Source: Chloroflexota bacterium (GTDB lineage: Bacteria; Chloroflexota; UBA11872; VXOZ01). Taken from it: a DNA stretch of 64,000 nt. Under the pieces are notes generated by a model. It ran no database searches and was not told the DNA's origin. It saw nothing but the letters and a program-made list of their open reading frames with translations. Position 1 is the first letter of the stretch. Each line of letters opens with the position of its first letter. Positions 1 through 10,063 of this stretch are shown here, in pieces. A program made the translations under genes and the position numbers. The DNA is taken from the NCBI GenBank assembly GCA_964291655.2, contig OZ219801.1, positions 480,001 to 544,000 on the forward strand. Direction: 5' to 3'.

Positions 1-18
1 ACGTGAACGCTCCGGCCG

Positions 19-1818
19 CTATACCGCAACAGGCGGAAGACGCCAGGCCGAGAGCCGGTTTTCCTCGTCAAGCACGACCAAGAGATTGCCGTCGTTTGCC
101 ACGGCGAAATCGCGGATGGGTACCAGTGGGCTCACTGTCCCCAGTATGCTGCCGTCGTACTTGACGACAACCAGACGAATGTTCTCCGACAGACCGATGA
201 GATAGTCGAAGTTGGCCACAATCTGAGACACGGGCATGGCGTCTTGCGCCCACAACTGACGGCCATTCTGGTCGAAAGCCGTAATGCCTTGTACACCGCC
301 GACGTAGATGATGTCACCGGGTTGGGATACCGCCAAAGTGCGTCCACGGGCCGCCGCCTGCCACTCAATTTGCTGCGAGGCGATGTCGAATTGGCTCACG
401 TGCCTATCGGTGAGAACAATGAGCTTTCGATCGAGATTGGCAAGCGCGACGCTTACGACCGGCTCAAAGAAATCTGAGCCCATCTGTTTCTCGCCGCGCT
501 CATTGAGCACCAATACGTGAAACCGACCTTCGCCGACCGCTCCCAGCGCAATTCGCGTACCGTCTGATGAAAGGTGTGAGCTGTTCACGCCAAGCGATGG
601 CGGAGTAACCCACGCGAGGCCGGACTGGTGGAAGCCGAAAGCCTGTCCAAGGCCTTCTGCATTGGACGTGGCGGCAACCATGAATGCACCGTCATGGCTG
701 ATCTCTGCTCTCTCCAGAATGACGTCATATGCGTCTAAGGAATCACGCCAGCTTACCTCTCCAATCCCGCTGAGTGCCTGCGCGCCAATTCCTGCCGCAA
801 AGATGTTCTCTCCTTCGCGGGTTACCGCCAGCGCAAACGTGGGCAGTGAGAAAGACTGCGTCCACTCGTGCGCGCCGTGCCCTGTTCGGCGCTGTATCAC
901 ACCACTTGTGTCGCCGGCAAGGATGACATTTCCTTCAGGGGACACTGCAATGAAGTGCGCCGACAGTTCCAAGTCGGAAAACCAGGCTAACTCACGCCAC
1001 GTATGGCCCTGCACCGGCGCAACCTCGGCAGCGCGGAATTCATACACGGTATCTTCGTGCACGGCTGCAGCGACTCGGAGCTCCCGCCACTGTGCCGCCA
1101 CCGCCCGCGCCTCCGCCGCAACGCGGAATGGCCCCAACCAGACCGTGGGCACTTCGTCCTGCTTGATCACAGCACCTTGTAATGCCGCTGCCTCTTGCAC
1201 CTTTTGGGCCTCTTCAAGGCTGGCAAACGGTCCCAGCACTACGCGAGAAACTGCCGTTGGCTCCGCTGAAATCTCGATTCGACCTGCTTGAATGAGGAGG
1301 TCCTGCAGCGTTGGGCCATCCTTCAAGTTGGTATTGGCAATGAAGTATTCCAGTTGAAAATGCGCCTCGGAGAGCTGGGAATAGGCCGCAGCCAAAGCAG
1401 CATCCTGCTCCGTATCGATGTAGCGGCGAAATCCCGCTGCCGCCCGCGCAAGAGGATCAATAGCATCCAGCAAGCCATCCGAAACTTCCTCGGTGCCATC
1501 TGCACTAACATCGACGACTTGCTGGGCCAACAAGTGAATCTCAGGAATGAGAAAGTCAAGAGCTACACGATATTTGCTCGGGGTCAGCGATTGACGCATG
1601 AACGCCAGATTGTTGATGTTGAGGCGCCGGACAATGAGAATAGCATCGCGCGAGATTTGCTCGATGCGCTCATCCGACTGGCGGGCAACTTCCTCAGGCG
1701 TCTGAATCGAAGGGGTCTGTGAGGGAAGGGTACTACATCCGAGAGCAAGTACTGCAACTAATGAACAAAGTGCAATCGCTCTCAAAGCTTGTCGCGATAG
1801 GATCATGGCGGGAACCAA
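19..1818 (-). CDS. Lipoprotein with tandem SPOR-like motifs and C-terminal WD40/PQQ-like beta-propeller
   Basis: Lipobox LALGC. Two motifs RVVLGPFASLEEA and TVWLGPFRVAAEA. Repeated propeller blades (IAVSPEG, LAVTREG, LSSDGTRIA, LAVSQPG). Confidence 0.65.
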   Translation of the reverse strand: MVPAMILSRQALRAIALCSLVAVLALGCSTLPSQTPSIQTPEEVARQSDERIEQISRDAILIVRRLNINNLAFMRQSLTPSKYRVALDFLIPEIHLLAQQVVDVSADGTEEVSDGLLDAIDPLARAAAGFRRYIDTEQDAALAAAYSQLSEAHFQLEYFIANTNLKDGPTLQDLLIQAGRIEISAEPTAVSRVVLGPFASLEEAQKVQEAAALQGAVIKQDEVPTVWLGPFRVAAEARAVAAQWRELRVAAAVHEDTVYEFRAAEVAPVQGHTWRELAWFSDLELSAHFIAVSPEGNVILAGDTSGVIQRRTGHGAHEWTQSFSLPTFALAVTREGENIFAAGIGAQALSGIGEVSWRDSLDAYDVILERAEISHDGAFMVAATSNAEGLGQAFGFHQSGLAWVTPPSLGVNSSHLSSDGTRIALGAVGEGRFHVLVLNERGEKQMGSDFFEPVVSVALANLDRKLIVLTDRHVSQFDIASQQIEWQAAARGRTLAVSQPGDIIYVGGVQGITAFDQNGRQLWAQDAMPVSQIVANFDYLIGLSENIRLVVVKYDGSILGTVSPLVPIRDFAVANDGNLLVVLDEENRLSAWRLPPVAV

Positions 1819-1847
1819 ATAGACAACACAATGCGGTTTATATGACG

Positions 1848-2675
1848 CTAGAAGCCATCTTCCACCATCATCAAATCGTCATGATCGACCGCTTCCTTTT
1901 CGAGGTCGGCCCAGTCATCGGCATCGCCGAACTCATCCGCCGCATCGCTCTTCAGCGAAACTGCTGAATGTCGAACGAAAGCCAGCCTGCCGCTCTGCGC
2001 GCGACTCTGACTTGGGAAGGAGTGCTGCCCGGCCAGGCTCGAGTGTTGATACGTCTCCTTTATCACGATGAAAATGTCACCACTCTGAATACCCACCACC
2101 GCGGCTGCAAAGCGATTACCGGATTCAATCAAGAATGCAAGCCGTTGCGAAAGCGCAGCGCCCAATTGCCCCAATGGCACCCCATTGCGGCTTACGACCC
2201 GTATGATGCTGCCATGTTGTTGGAGACGCAATGGATCTCCTGGCAAGGGCAGGGCACTACTCGGCTTTCTGGGAAGCGGAAGCAACTTGACTATTGTCGT
2301 CTTGCCGGATTCTGCAATGAAGATGTCCGCAGGGACATGAGGAATGTCGTCAGCGCTAGCAATCTCAGGGGTAGCGCACAAAGAGGACCGGAGCCGTTCC
2401 AGATTTCGCCCGGCAATTGCGTTAACAGGATCCAGCTCCAGCGCTCGCCGGTAGACATCTTTCGCTTCATGCAACAATCCCATCTCCCACAGCGACTTGC
2501 CGAGACGATTGTGCGCGTCAACATCATCCGGGCAGAGTTTCACGATCGAGCGATTAATCTTTTCGGCTTCAGCCCAACGCTGATGAGCGGCGCATTGAAT
2601 CGCTTGCTGCTCCCAATACCGCTTGAACCGGCTTCGGTCAGTGCTAATGACTTGTGACATGTCTCTTGGCCTCAC
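1848..2675 (-). CDS. TPR-repeat protein with HIRAN-like C-terminal domain
   Basis: TPR pattern (PDDVDAHNRLGKSL...AKDVYRRALELDPVNAIA). C-terminal PGDPLRL...NGVPLGQLGAALSQRLAFLIESG. Acidic tail. True start may be 2660. Confidence 0.65.
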   Translation of the reverse strand: MRPRDMSQVISTDRSRFKRYWEQQAIQCAAHQRWAEAEKINRSIVKLCPDDVDAHNRLGKSLWEMGLLHEAKDVYRRALELDPVNAIAGRNLERLRSSLCATPEIASADDIPHVPADIFIAESGKTTIVKLLPLPRKPSSALPLPGDPLRLQQHGSIIRVVSRNGVPLGQLGAALSQRLAFLIESGNRFAAAVVGIQSGDIFIVIKETYQHSSLAGQHSFPSQSRAQSGRLAFVRHSAVSLKSDAADEFGDADDWADLEKEAVDHDDLMMVEDGF

Positions 2676-2807
2676 TCAGGACAGGTATGAACGACACACA
2701 GGTTTACAAGAATCAGCATGGCGTGCATGCCAAATGGAGGAGAACTTTGCCACGGACACACTACTCCCCCGGGAATTGCAGGTGGGAGCAACGATTGCCA
2801 GCGGCGA

Positions 2808-2849
2808 TGCTATAATTGACTTGAACTAGAGGGTAGTTACAAGTCAATT
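2808..2849 (+). promoter_or_regulatory. Extended -10 element overlapped by a 36-bp imperfect inverted repeat
   Basis: TGcTATAAT at 2808-2816. AATTGACTTGAACTA-gaggg-TAGTTACAAGTCAATT at 2814-2849. Confidence 0.4.
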
Positions 2850-3183
2850 CACGAATCTACTATAGCATAAGATTTCGTTAAATCACTACTTTAAGCGTAG
2901 AAACCACCCAAATCTCAAGAAAATTCCTCTACGACCCGATTCAACGTAGAAGTCCGCTGACGAATTCCTTGGCTAGATGACCATGCCCATGGCTGTCGGC
3001 GTCAGATTCTCGGCCGGCAGAGATTCAGCAGGAGTGCAGACCTGTGAACGACGGGGAAGTCCTATAGTCCTATCGCCTTCAGCCGCTTACCCAGCCTGCG
3101 CAAGCGCCCTTTCACCCAAGGGCTAGTTTGAGATCCTAGTCTCCCCTATCACGTAGACCATCCGACACGAAGAACTTGAAGCG

Positions 3184-4197
3184 ATGCTCAAAGACACGAA
3201 TGACAAGCCGGAAACACGCACAGAGGAATCACTCGATGCCCCACTGTCCGTGAGCGTCCTCATTCCGACCTGGAACGGCAGAGACCTGCTGCGCGCCTGC
3301 CTGGATTCTCTTTTGCAGCAGACCCACCGAGATTTTGAGGTGGTTGTGGCCGAAAATGGTTCTGTCGACGGTACAAGAGACATGCTAGAGCAGGAATATC
3401 CGTGGGTACGAGTCGTGGCCCTCGACCGGAACCTAGGTTTCGCTCGCGGCGTGAAAGCGGCGTTCGACGTTGCTACAGGAAACCTGATCGTCCTGCTAAA
3501 CAATGATACGGAAGCGGCGCCAACCTGGCTTGAAGAGCTTGTGGCCGCGGCACACGGCCATCCCACTGCAGCGTCATTTGCATGCAAGATACTCCTATTT
3601 CAGGATCGTAGACGCCTGCACTCTGCTGGAGACTACTACGGCTGCGACGGCGTGCCGGGAAACCGCGGAGTATGGGAGCAGGACGGACCGGACTATAGCG
3701 AACGCGGCTGGGTGTTTGGCGCACAAGGGGCGGCTTGCGCCTACCGCCGGAGCCTCTTAGACACTATTGGCTTCTTCGACGAAGACCTTGTCTCTTATTG
3801 CGAAGACGTTGACCTAAACTGGCGCGCTAATCTTCGCGGATTTCGGTGTCTCTATGTTCCAGAAGCCCAGGTCTTCCATCACGTCTCTGCGACCGGTGGC
3901 GGGGCGCTTGCCAGCTACTATTGCGGACGAAACTTCATTGCTGTCGCAGTGAAAGACGTCCCCGGGTATCTCTGGCGGCGATACTGGAGACGGATAATTG
4001 GACAGCAGTTAGCCATTACTGTCGAAGCCTTGCGCAACTTTCGAGGTGAAGCGGCGCGCGCACGCCTGCGGGGACAGCTTGCAGGTCTCGCCCTCATCCC
4101 CTCCATGCTACGCAAACGCCGCGTCGTCCAGGGACAGATAACGGTTGATCTGTCAAAGATAGAAGAGTTGATGGGTCCGTGGATATTGCCGCTCTGA
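3184..4197 (+). CDS. Glycosyltransferase family 2
   Basis: VSVLIPTWNG, ENGSVDG, NLGFA, LLNNDT, GFFDEDLVSYCEDVDL motifs. Confidence 0.93.
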   Translation: MLKDTNDKPETRTEESLDAPLSVSVLIPTWNGRDLLRACLDSLLQQTHRDFEVVVAENGSVDGTRDMLEQEYPWVRVVALDRNLGFARGVKAAFDVATGNLIVLLNNDTEAAPTWLEELVAAAHGHPTAASFACKILLFQDRRRLHSAGDYYGCDGVPGNRGVWEQDGPDYSERGWVFGAQGAACAYRRSLLDTIGFFDEDLVSYCEDVDLNWRANLRGFRCLYVPEAQVFHHVSATGGGALASYYCGRNFIAVAVKDVPGYLWRRYWRRIIGQQLAITVEALRNFRGEAARARLRGQLAGLALIPSMLRKRRVVQGQITVDLSKIEELMGPWILPL

Positions 4198-4547
4198 CAA
4201 TAGACTGCCGGACAATGCATGCTGACGCTTGGTACATGAAATGCGCCCTTTAGATGAAAAGCCTAATTGGCGGGGGTGTACTGCGAACAGTACAGCCGGC
4301 GGCATGAATAACAACCGCGTAAATCTTGAATGGTGCGGCAATGAGCGCTTGCTTGATAACGGAGACCGGCCGCAATAGAGGATGCAACTCCACTCGACCG
4401 CACTCAATCCACCTCTCACTGCCCCTATGTCTAAGCATTGGCCCCACCATCGTCGCCCGGAGAAAATTCGTACAATAGGAGTCAAGAGAGGCAAGCAGCT
4501 TTCAGTAAGTCATTGAGCAATCGCAAGACAAGGGAGTGAAACCGCCG

Positions 4548-4922
4548 ATGAAGTACCTAAAACGTCTTTTGTTCGAATCAGGCAATGACGCTGACAACGT
4601 CAAAGACGCCGATCCAACCGCCGATCCTAATCTTTTCTGGTACTACGTGCGCTGCAACAGATGTGGCGAATCTGTTGCAGTGATGGCGCGCAAGGGCTAT
4701 GACCTTGTGGAGGAATTCGAGGAATCCAGCAACAGCGATGCTCCGGTCGGGTATAGCCTATTCAAGGATGTCATGGGACGTAGCGACACATGCTTCCAAC
4801 AGATGCGCATCGAGATTCACTTCAGCACGAGCTACGAAGAGCAGAGCAGGCACATCGAGGGTGGACAGTTCATCACTGCTGCGGAGCACCGTGCCGGCAC
4901 GAACGGAGAAGAGCAACTTTAA
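4548..4922 (+). CDS. Small hypothetical protein with CxxC
   Basis: ORF with GGGAG RBS upstream and VRCNRCGE motif. Start at 4536 or 4548. Confidence 0.65.
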   Translation: MKYLKRLLFESGNDADNVKDADPTADPNLFWYYVRCNRCGESVAVMARKGYDLVEEFEESSNSDAPVGYSLFKDVMGRSDTCFQQMRIEIHFSTSYEEQSRHIEGGQFITAAEHRAGTNGEEQL

Positions 4923-5195
4923 AAGGAAGTACCGGTGGCTGCGAATCCCAAAGTGCATTGCCGGCGCAAAGCTTTGCACGCCTCAGCTTCCCGTGGAAGG
5001 GACTTTCAGCCACTATTGCGCAGGGGTGACTTTGCGATTGCCTAACCTTGCTTCTCTGCAATTCTGCGCCCATCACAACGCACATTGCTTCGCGTTGCCG
5101 CCCGTCACATCGCGAATTCAAGGTCAATCGGCAGGCCAAGTTTACAGACATGATCGGCAAGGGAGTCTCCGGCGAATGAGAAAAGAGCACCAACG

Positions 5196-6632
5196 GTGAG
5201 TTTGGGACTACCGGCCGGTCTCCTGCGCAGCGAAGCTTTGGGCCGCATCTCCTGGACGGTCCTCTTTTTGCTCATTGCAATTCTGCTGGGCATCGCTATC
5301 GGCTGGGGAGCGGTAAACTACTCGCCGTTTACGCTTCTCTTTCTCCTGGTGGGCCTAGTTGGGAGCGTTGCCGTTGCCTTCTCCCCGGGTCTAGCAGTCA
5401 TCGGGTTAATGGCAATCATCTGGTTACTTCCCTTCGGCACCTTGCCGTTCCGCGTTGGCTTTCGCTTCAGTTTCCTAGACCTTGCAACCGGCGCGCTGCT
5501 CTTTCTGTTCGCATGGCAAGTGTGCACACATCGTCTGCGTTTGCCAAGCCGCCTATCGGTAGTTGCCGTTGCGCTCTACGTCCTCCTCTTGCTAGTTGCC
5601 GCCGGCAACGGTCTGCGCTTTGGCATGTCTGAAGATGCCATCACGTATTCAATTAAATTGGCCTCGAGCGCCTTAATGTTCATCATGCTCGTCACGTGGT
5701 TGCAAACTGTGCAAGCAGCTCGACGCGCGGCCACGTGGTTTCTTGTATTCGCCGCCGGCCAGGCCATGATAGGTGTCGTTCTTTACTTAATTCCCACAGC
5801 TTATTCAATCAAGATACTCTCTCAGTTTGGGCGAATAGGCTATCCGGTTGGGGGCGGCGTGCTGCGATACATAGCCGACACTCCCTTGCTACGCGCGACG
5901 GGAACGAGCATCGATCCTAACATGCTGGGCGGTGCCTTGGTATTCGCCATCGCCTTTGGCGTGGCGCTATGGGCCAGCCACCCACGAAGATGGTGGTTGC
6001 TCGGCCTGCTTGGCCTTTTGCTGCTCTGTCTTCTTTTCACGCGTTCGCGTGCCGCACTCCTTGGGAGCGGCGCGGCAATTGTGGTTCTTACAACCCTCAG
6101 ATACCGGTGGCTGTTTTGGCTCTATCCTCTTGGCGGCATTACGATCGCCGCTCTGCCTCAGACTCGTGCCATGCTCCTGCATCTCTTATCGGGATTGCGC
6201 GCACAGGATCGTGCGGCAGCGATGCGTTTGGATGAGTATTCTAAGTCATTTAACCTCATTCAAGATCATCCATTGCTGGGCGTGGGATTCGGGCCGCCGC
6301 CCACCATCGACACCTTCGTCGGCGTATCGAGCATTTACTTGCAACTGGCCGAATTGGGTGGACTTGTCACGCTCGCCGCCTTCAGCCTGGCAGTTGGGGC
6401 AGCGCTCTGGAGCATGTTGCAAGGATGGCGTAGAGGCTTGACACCGGACAGTGAATGGGTGGCGCTCGGCGCTCTCGCAGGCCTGTTGGGAGCGCTCGTA
6501 ACCGGACTGTTCGACCAACACTACGTCGTCTATCCTCACATGGCAACACTATTCTGGCTAGTTGCCGGGCTTGGCGTTGCCGCCGCTTGGGTTAGGCAAG
6601 ACTCCAAACACTCTACTGAAGACACCTTGTGA
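5196..6632 (+). CDS. O-antigen ligase/polymerase family membrane protein
   Basis: Many TM helices. RATGTSIDPNMLGG, TRSRAA, HPLLGVGFG and LAELG motifs. Glycosyltransferase context. Confidence 0.88.
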   Translation: MSLGLPAGLLRSEALGRISWTVLFLLIAILLGIAIGWGAVNYSPFTLLFLLVGLVGSVAVAFSPGLAVIGLMAIIWLLPFGTLPFRVGFRFSFLDLATGALLFLFAWQVCTHRLRLPSRLSVVAVALYVLLLLVAAGNGLRFGMSEDAITYSIKLASSALMFIMLVTWLQTVQAARRAATWFLVFAAGQAMIGVVLYLIPTAYSIKILSQFGRIGYPVGGGVLRYIADTPLLRATGTSIDPNMLGGALVFAIAFGVALWASHPRRWWLLGLLGLLLLCLLFTRSRAALLGSGAAIVVLTTLRYRWLFWLYPLGGITIAALPQTRAMLLHLLSGLRAQDRAAAMRLDEYSKSFNLIQDHPLLGVGFGPPPTIDTFVGVSSIYLQLAELGGLVTLAAFSLAVGAALWSMLQGWRRGLTPDSEWVALGALAGLLGALVTGLFDQHYVVYPHMATLFWLVAGLGVAAAWVRQDSKHSTEDTL

Positions 6633-6721
6633 TGCTATGATTATTTCAAAGGCCTCCTCTTCCACGAGGACCCTAAGCGAGTTGGATCAAATGGAATTTC
6701 ACGTGAGCCCTGCAACAACGC

Positions 6722-7828
6722 ATGAAGATCGGCATTGATTGTCGCCTCCACTACTACAATCGCACAGGAATCGGCCACTATATTCGAAACCTGATTCGGG
6801 AGTTTCCGGAGTCCGCCAATACTGAAATGGAGTTAGTCCTACTCCAAAGTAGACGGGAACGCGAAGCACTCCTGCAAGCCCCCCGAATGCGCTGCCGTAG
6901 AGTCTTTACTCCTGCCCACCATCCCGTGGAGCGGTGGTTCCTGGCAGCGGAAATTGCGGCTCAGCGGCTAGACGTACTGCATAGCCCTGACCACGTGGCA
7001 CCGAAACGGACAGGGTGGGAGAGCGTGGTTACCATTCACGATCTCTGCTTCTTGGCTCATCCGGAAGCCTACGATTCTGCCAGTCTTCTCTACTACACCC
7101 AGGTTTTTCGCACACTACCTCGTACAGCCAAGGTTATCACGGTATCGGAATTCACCCGGCACGAAGTCCTAAACCGCATCTCCATCGCACCGGAAAAGGT
7201 TATCACCGTTTACGAGGCAGTGGATCCGGCTTACTATACGCGCACAGAGGCTGATTGCGAACACATCAGACGTCGTCTTGGTATTTCTGAGCCGTATATC
7301 CTCGTAGTTGGCACCATTGAAGCACGCAAGAATCTGGAACGAGTAATTGAGGCATATGCCGTGCTGCCTCGCCGAGACCGTCCCCAACTCGTCTTTGCCG
7401 GCGGCCGGGGCTATCAATATGAAAATGTCCTCGAGGCAGTCCAGGGGCATCGCCTTCAGGACCAGGTCAAGTTTCTCGGTTTCGTGGACGACGCCGAGCT
7501 ACCGATGCTTTATTCCGGCGCGGTCTGTCTCCTGTTCCCATCTCTCTACGAAGGATTTGGGTTGCCCATACTTGAGGCGATGGCGTGCGGCTGCCCTGTC
7601 ATCACCTCAAACTTCGGCAGCATGGCAGAAGTTGCTGGGGATGCCGCCATCCTCGTAGATCCAAACTCCGCCGCAGCGATTGCGCAGGGCATCTCGTCTC
7701 TCTTGAGTGACACGGCGCTGCGCGACGGCATGAACGCCAGAGGGCACGCACGCGTGAAGCAGTTCTCGTGGCGCACTGCGGCTCAGCAAACGCTTGCCGT
7801 CTACCGCGAGGCTGCAGGACCACACTGA
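6722..7828 (+). CDS. Glycosyltransferase family 4
   Basis: TGIGHY, VGTIEARKN, FPSLYEGFGLPILEAMACG. Confidence 0.95.
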   Translation: MKIGIDCRLHYYNRTGIGHYIRNLIREFPESANTEMELVLLQSRREREALLQAPRMRCRRVFTPAHHPVERWFLAAEIAAQRLDVLHSPDHVAPKRTGWESVVTIHDLCFLAHPEAYDSASLLYYTQVFRTLPRTAKVITVSEFTRHEVLNRISIAPEKVITVYEAVDPAYYTRTEADCEHIRRRLGISEPYILVVGTIEARKNLERVIEAYAVLPRRDRPQLVFAGGRGYQYENVLEAVQGHRLQDQVKFLGFVDDAELPMLYSGAVCLLFPSLYEGFGLPILEAMACGCPVITSNFGSMAEVAGDAAILVDPNSAAAIAQGISSLLSDTALRDGMNARGHARVKQFSWRTAAQQTLAVYREAAGPH

Positions 7829-9036
7829 TGCGAGTCCTCTTCCTTACGCCGCAACCGCCCTGGCCGCCTCACGCCGGCCCGGCAGTCCGCAACTATCAAC
7901 TCATCTCTGGCGCTGCTACCCAACACCAAGTGTATGTATTGTGCTTTGGCGACTCCGACACTGATCTAACAGCACTGAACGAGATTTGCAGTTGGGCAGG
8001 ATGGGTAGCCCGGCCCCATTCAACTCTTCGCGACCGCATACTTCACCTGCTACGGAGTTCGGAGCCGGATCTCGCGTTTAGGCTCCAGAGCGAGGCCTTT
8101 GCAGAACGCTTGCGTTTCATTCTGGCACATCAGCACTTCGATCTCATTCAATTCGAGGGCTTGGAAATGGTCCCTTATCTTGCCTGGGCACGAAGGGAGA
8201 GTCCGAACAGTCTGCTCGTTCTCGACGAGCACAATGCGGAATATTTGCTCCAAGAGCGCATATCAGCCACCTCCCAGAGCTTAGGGCGCTGGTACTCTCG
8301 CATCCAAGCCCGCAGACTGCGCCAGTATGAGTCGAATGCGCTCGCCTCGAGCGACGGCTGGATCACCGTTTCCAAAGTTGATGAAAGCCACCTGGAACCC
8401 CTCTCCAGCGGCAAACCGCATACGGTCATTCCTATCGGCGTTGACCCTGAGAAGCAAGGCGCCCAGGGCGTACCCCTCGCGCCTTTGCCGCGCCTATTTT
8501 TCGCAGGAAAGCTGGACTATCGACCGAATAGGGATGGCTTGCGCTGGTTCTGCACCAAAGTCTGGCCGCTCATTCGATCTGAAGTCCCAACCGTGGAATT
8601 CATCGTGGCCGGATCCGGTGCCAGCCCTGAAAGGCGCTGGCTCCGCCAGCCGGGGATACAGTCACTGGGCTACCTGGACGACAGAGAGTTCGCGCAAGCC
8701 CTCGGCAGCGCGTGGGTCTCGGTGGTACCGGTTCAGGCGGGAAGCGGCATGCGCGTAAAAATACTCGAGTCTTTCCTATGGGCGAAGCCGGTTGCGACCA
8801 CAAGTATCGGCATTGAGGGTATAGAAGCTGCACCCGGCGAGCACGTGCGCATTGGCGACACCCCGGAGGACTTTGCCGGACATGTAGTCGATCTCTTACG
8901 CGATCGTCTCTTGGCGCAAGAGCAAGGCCTGGCAGCCAAGCGACTTGCGGAGGAACTCTACGATTGGCGCCGCTTCACGCCTCGCCTGCTCGATTTTTAT
9001 GGGCGCCTGCATGAGTCACGTGATGGGTATGTCTAG
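7828..9036 (+). CDS. Glycosyltransferase family 4
   Basis: TGATG coupling to the upstream gene. MRVLFLTPQPPWPP, GKLDYRPN, GSGMRVKILE. Confidence 0.92.
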   Translation: MRVLFLTPQPPWPPHAGPAVRNYQLISGAATQHQVYVLCFGDSDTDLTALNEICSWAGWVARPHSTLRDRILHLLRSSEPDLAFRLQSEAFAERLRFILAHQHFDLIQFEGLEMVPYLAWARRESPNSLLVLDEHNAEYLLQERISATSQSLGRWYSRIQARRLRQYESNALASSDGWITVSKVDESHLEPLSSGKPHTVIPIGVDPEKQGAQGVPLAPLPRLFFAGKLDYRPNRDGLRWFCTKVWPLIRSEVPTVEFIVAGSGASPERRWLRQPGIQSLGYLDDREFAQALGSAWVSVVPVQAGSGMRVKILESFLWAKPVATTSIGIEGIEAAPGEHVRIGDTPEDFAGHVVDLLRDRLLAQEQGLAAKRLAEELYDWRRFTPRLLDFYGRLHESRDGYV

Positions 9037-10063
9037 AGTCTCACTGATAATCACGGTGTGGAACGAGGAAGCGGCCCTGCCAGTCCTACTGAGATCGCTC
9101 GTAGCACAGGACCGCCAACCGGACGAGATCGTCATCGCTGACGGCGGGTCAACCGACGGTACAGTCCCTTTGCTGCGGGACTTTGCGGCAGCGCGACAGC
9201 ACTCTGTCATTCCGGCTTCCGCCGGAATCCAGTCTCACATCGTCCTGCTTGAACTACCAGGCGCCAACATTGCGGAGGGTCGTAATGCCGCCATTCGCGC
9301 CGCCACCGGTGACATTATCGCTGTCACCGATGCCGGCGTTACGCTGCCTAATTACTGGCTTGAAGAGTTGGTGCGTCCGTTCGAGGACCGGCCGGATGTA
9401 AACATGGTTAGCGGCTATTCGCGGCCGGACCCTCGTACACGCTTTGAGGAACTGCTGGCCGTGACGACGCTTCCTCTGGTAAGCGAAATCCGTGAAGCAT
9501 CCTACCTTGCGTCAAGCCGCACCGTGGCATTTCGCCGTGAATTGTGGGGGAAAGCGGCTGGGTATCCAGAGTGGCTTGACTACTGCGAAGACGTAGTCTT
9601 CGACTTCAATTGTAAAGCGGTTGGCGCCCACGTTGTGTTTCAGCCGGCGGCGAGCGTGCGCTTTCGACCGCGCCCGCACCTCAAGGCATTCTTTCTGCAG
9701 TACTATCGCTATGCCCGGGGTGACGGCAAAGCAAACTTGTGGCCGGGCCGCCACGCGCTCCGCTACACTGCTTATGTTCTCGGGTCCATTCTGCTTTGGC
9801 GCGGCAGGCAGAATCCACTGTGGTGGGCGCTGCTCGCGTTGGCGATAGTTGCGGGCTCCCGCAAACCGCTCCTTCGTGCACTCACAGATCCCGCATCAAA
9901 AAACAAGAAGAGCCTTGTCTCTTCGTTTGGTAGTATCTTGCTCATACGTGTAGTGGGCGACATTGCCAAAATGCTTGGGTATCCGGTAGGAGTCTGGTGG
10001 CGATGGCGACTGCGTCAAGGACGGCGCCTTCGTCAAGGACGGCGACTGCGTCGAGGCCAATGA
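9029..10063 (+). CDS. Glycosyltransferase family 2 (carries an in-frame palindromic element)
   Basis: VSLIITVWNE, DGGSTDGT, TDAG, EDVVF. Start inferred at ATG 9029. Confidence 0.92.
   Translation: MSRVSLIITVWNEEAALPVLLRSLVAQDRQPDEIVIADGGSTDGTVPLLRDFAAARQHSVIPASAGIQSHIVLLELPGANIAEGRNAAIRAATGDIIAVTDAGVTLPNYWLEELVRPFEDRPDVNMVSGYSRPDPRTRFEELLAVTTLPLVSEIREASYLASSRTVAFRRELWGKAAGYPEWLDYCEDVVFDFNCKAVGAHVVFQPAASVRFRPRPHLKAFFLQYYRYARGDGKANLWPGRHALRYTAYVLGSILLWRGRQNPLWWALLALAIVAGSRKPLLRALTDPASKNKKSLVSSFGSILLIRVVGDIAKMLGYPVGVWWRWRLRQGRRLRQGRRLRRGQ
9206..9232 (+). repeat. REP/RPE-like palindromic element inside a CDS
   Basis: GTCATTCCGGC-TTCC-GCCGGAATCCAG hairpin, translating as VIPASAGIQ. Confidence 0.7.
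10004..10057 (+). repeat. 3x 18-bp tandem repeat at the GT2 C-terminus
   Basis: tggcgactgcgtcaagga / cggcgccttcgtcaagga / cggcgactgcgtcgaggc, encoding (W/R)RLR(Q/R)G. Confidence 0.8.

Noticed and set aside
4198-4535. Possible ncRNA in the intergenic gap
   Set aside because: Only a short hairpin (TGTACTG/CAGTACA); no recognisable family.
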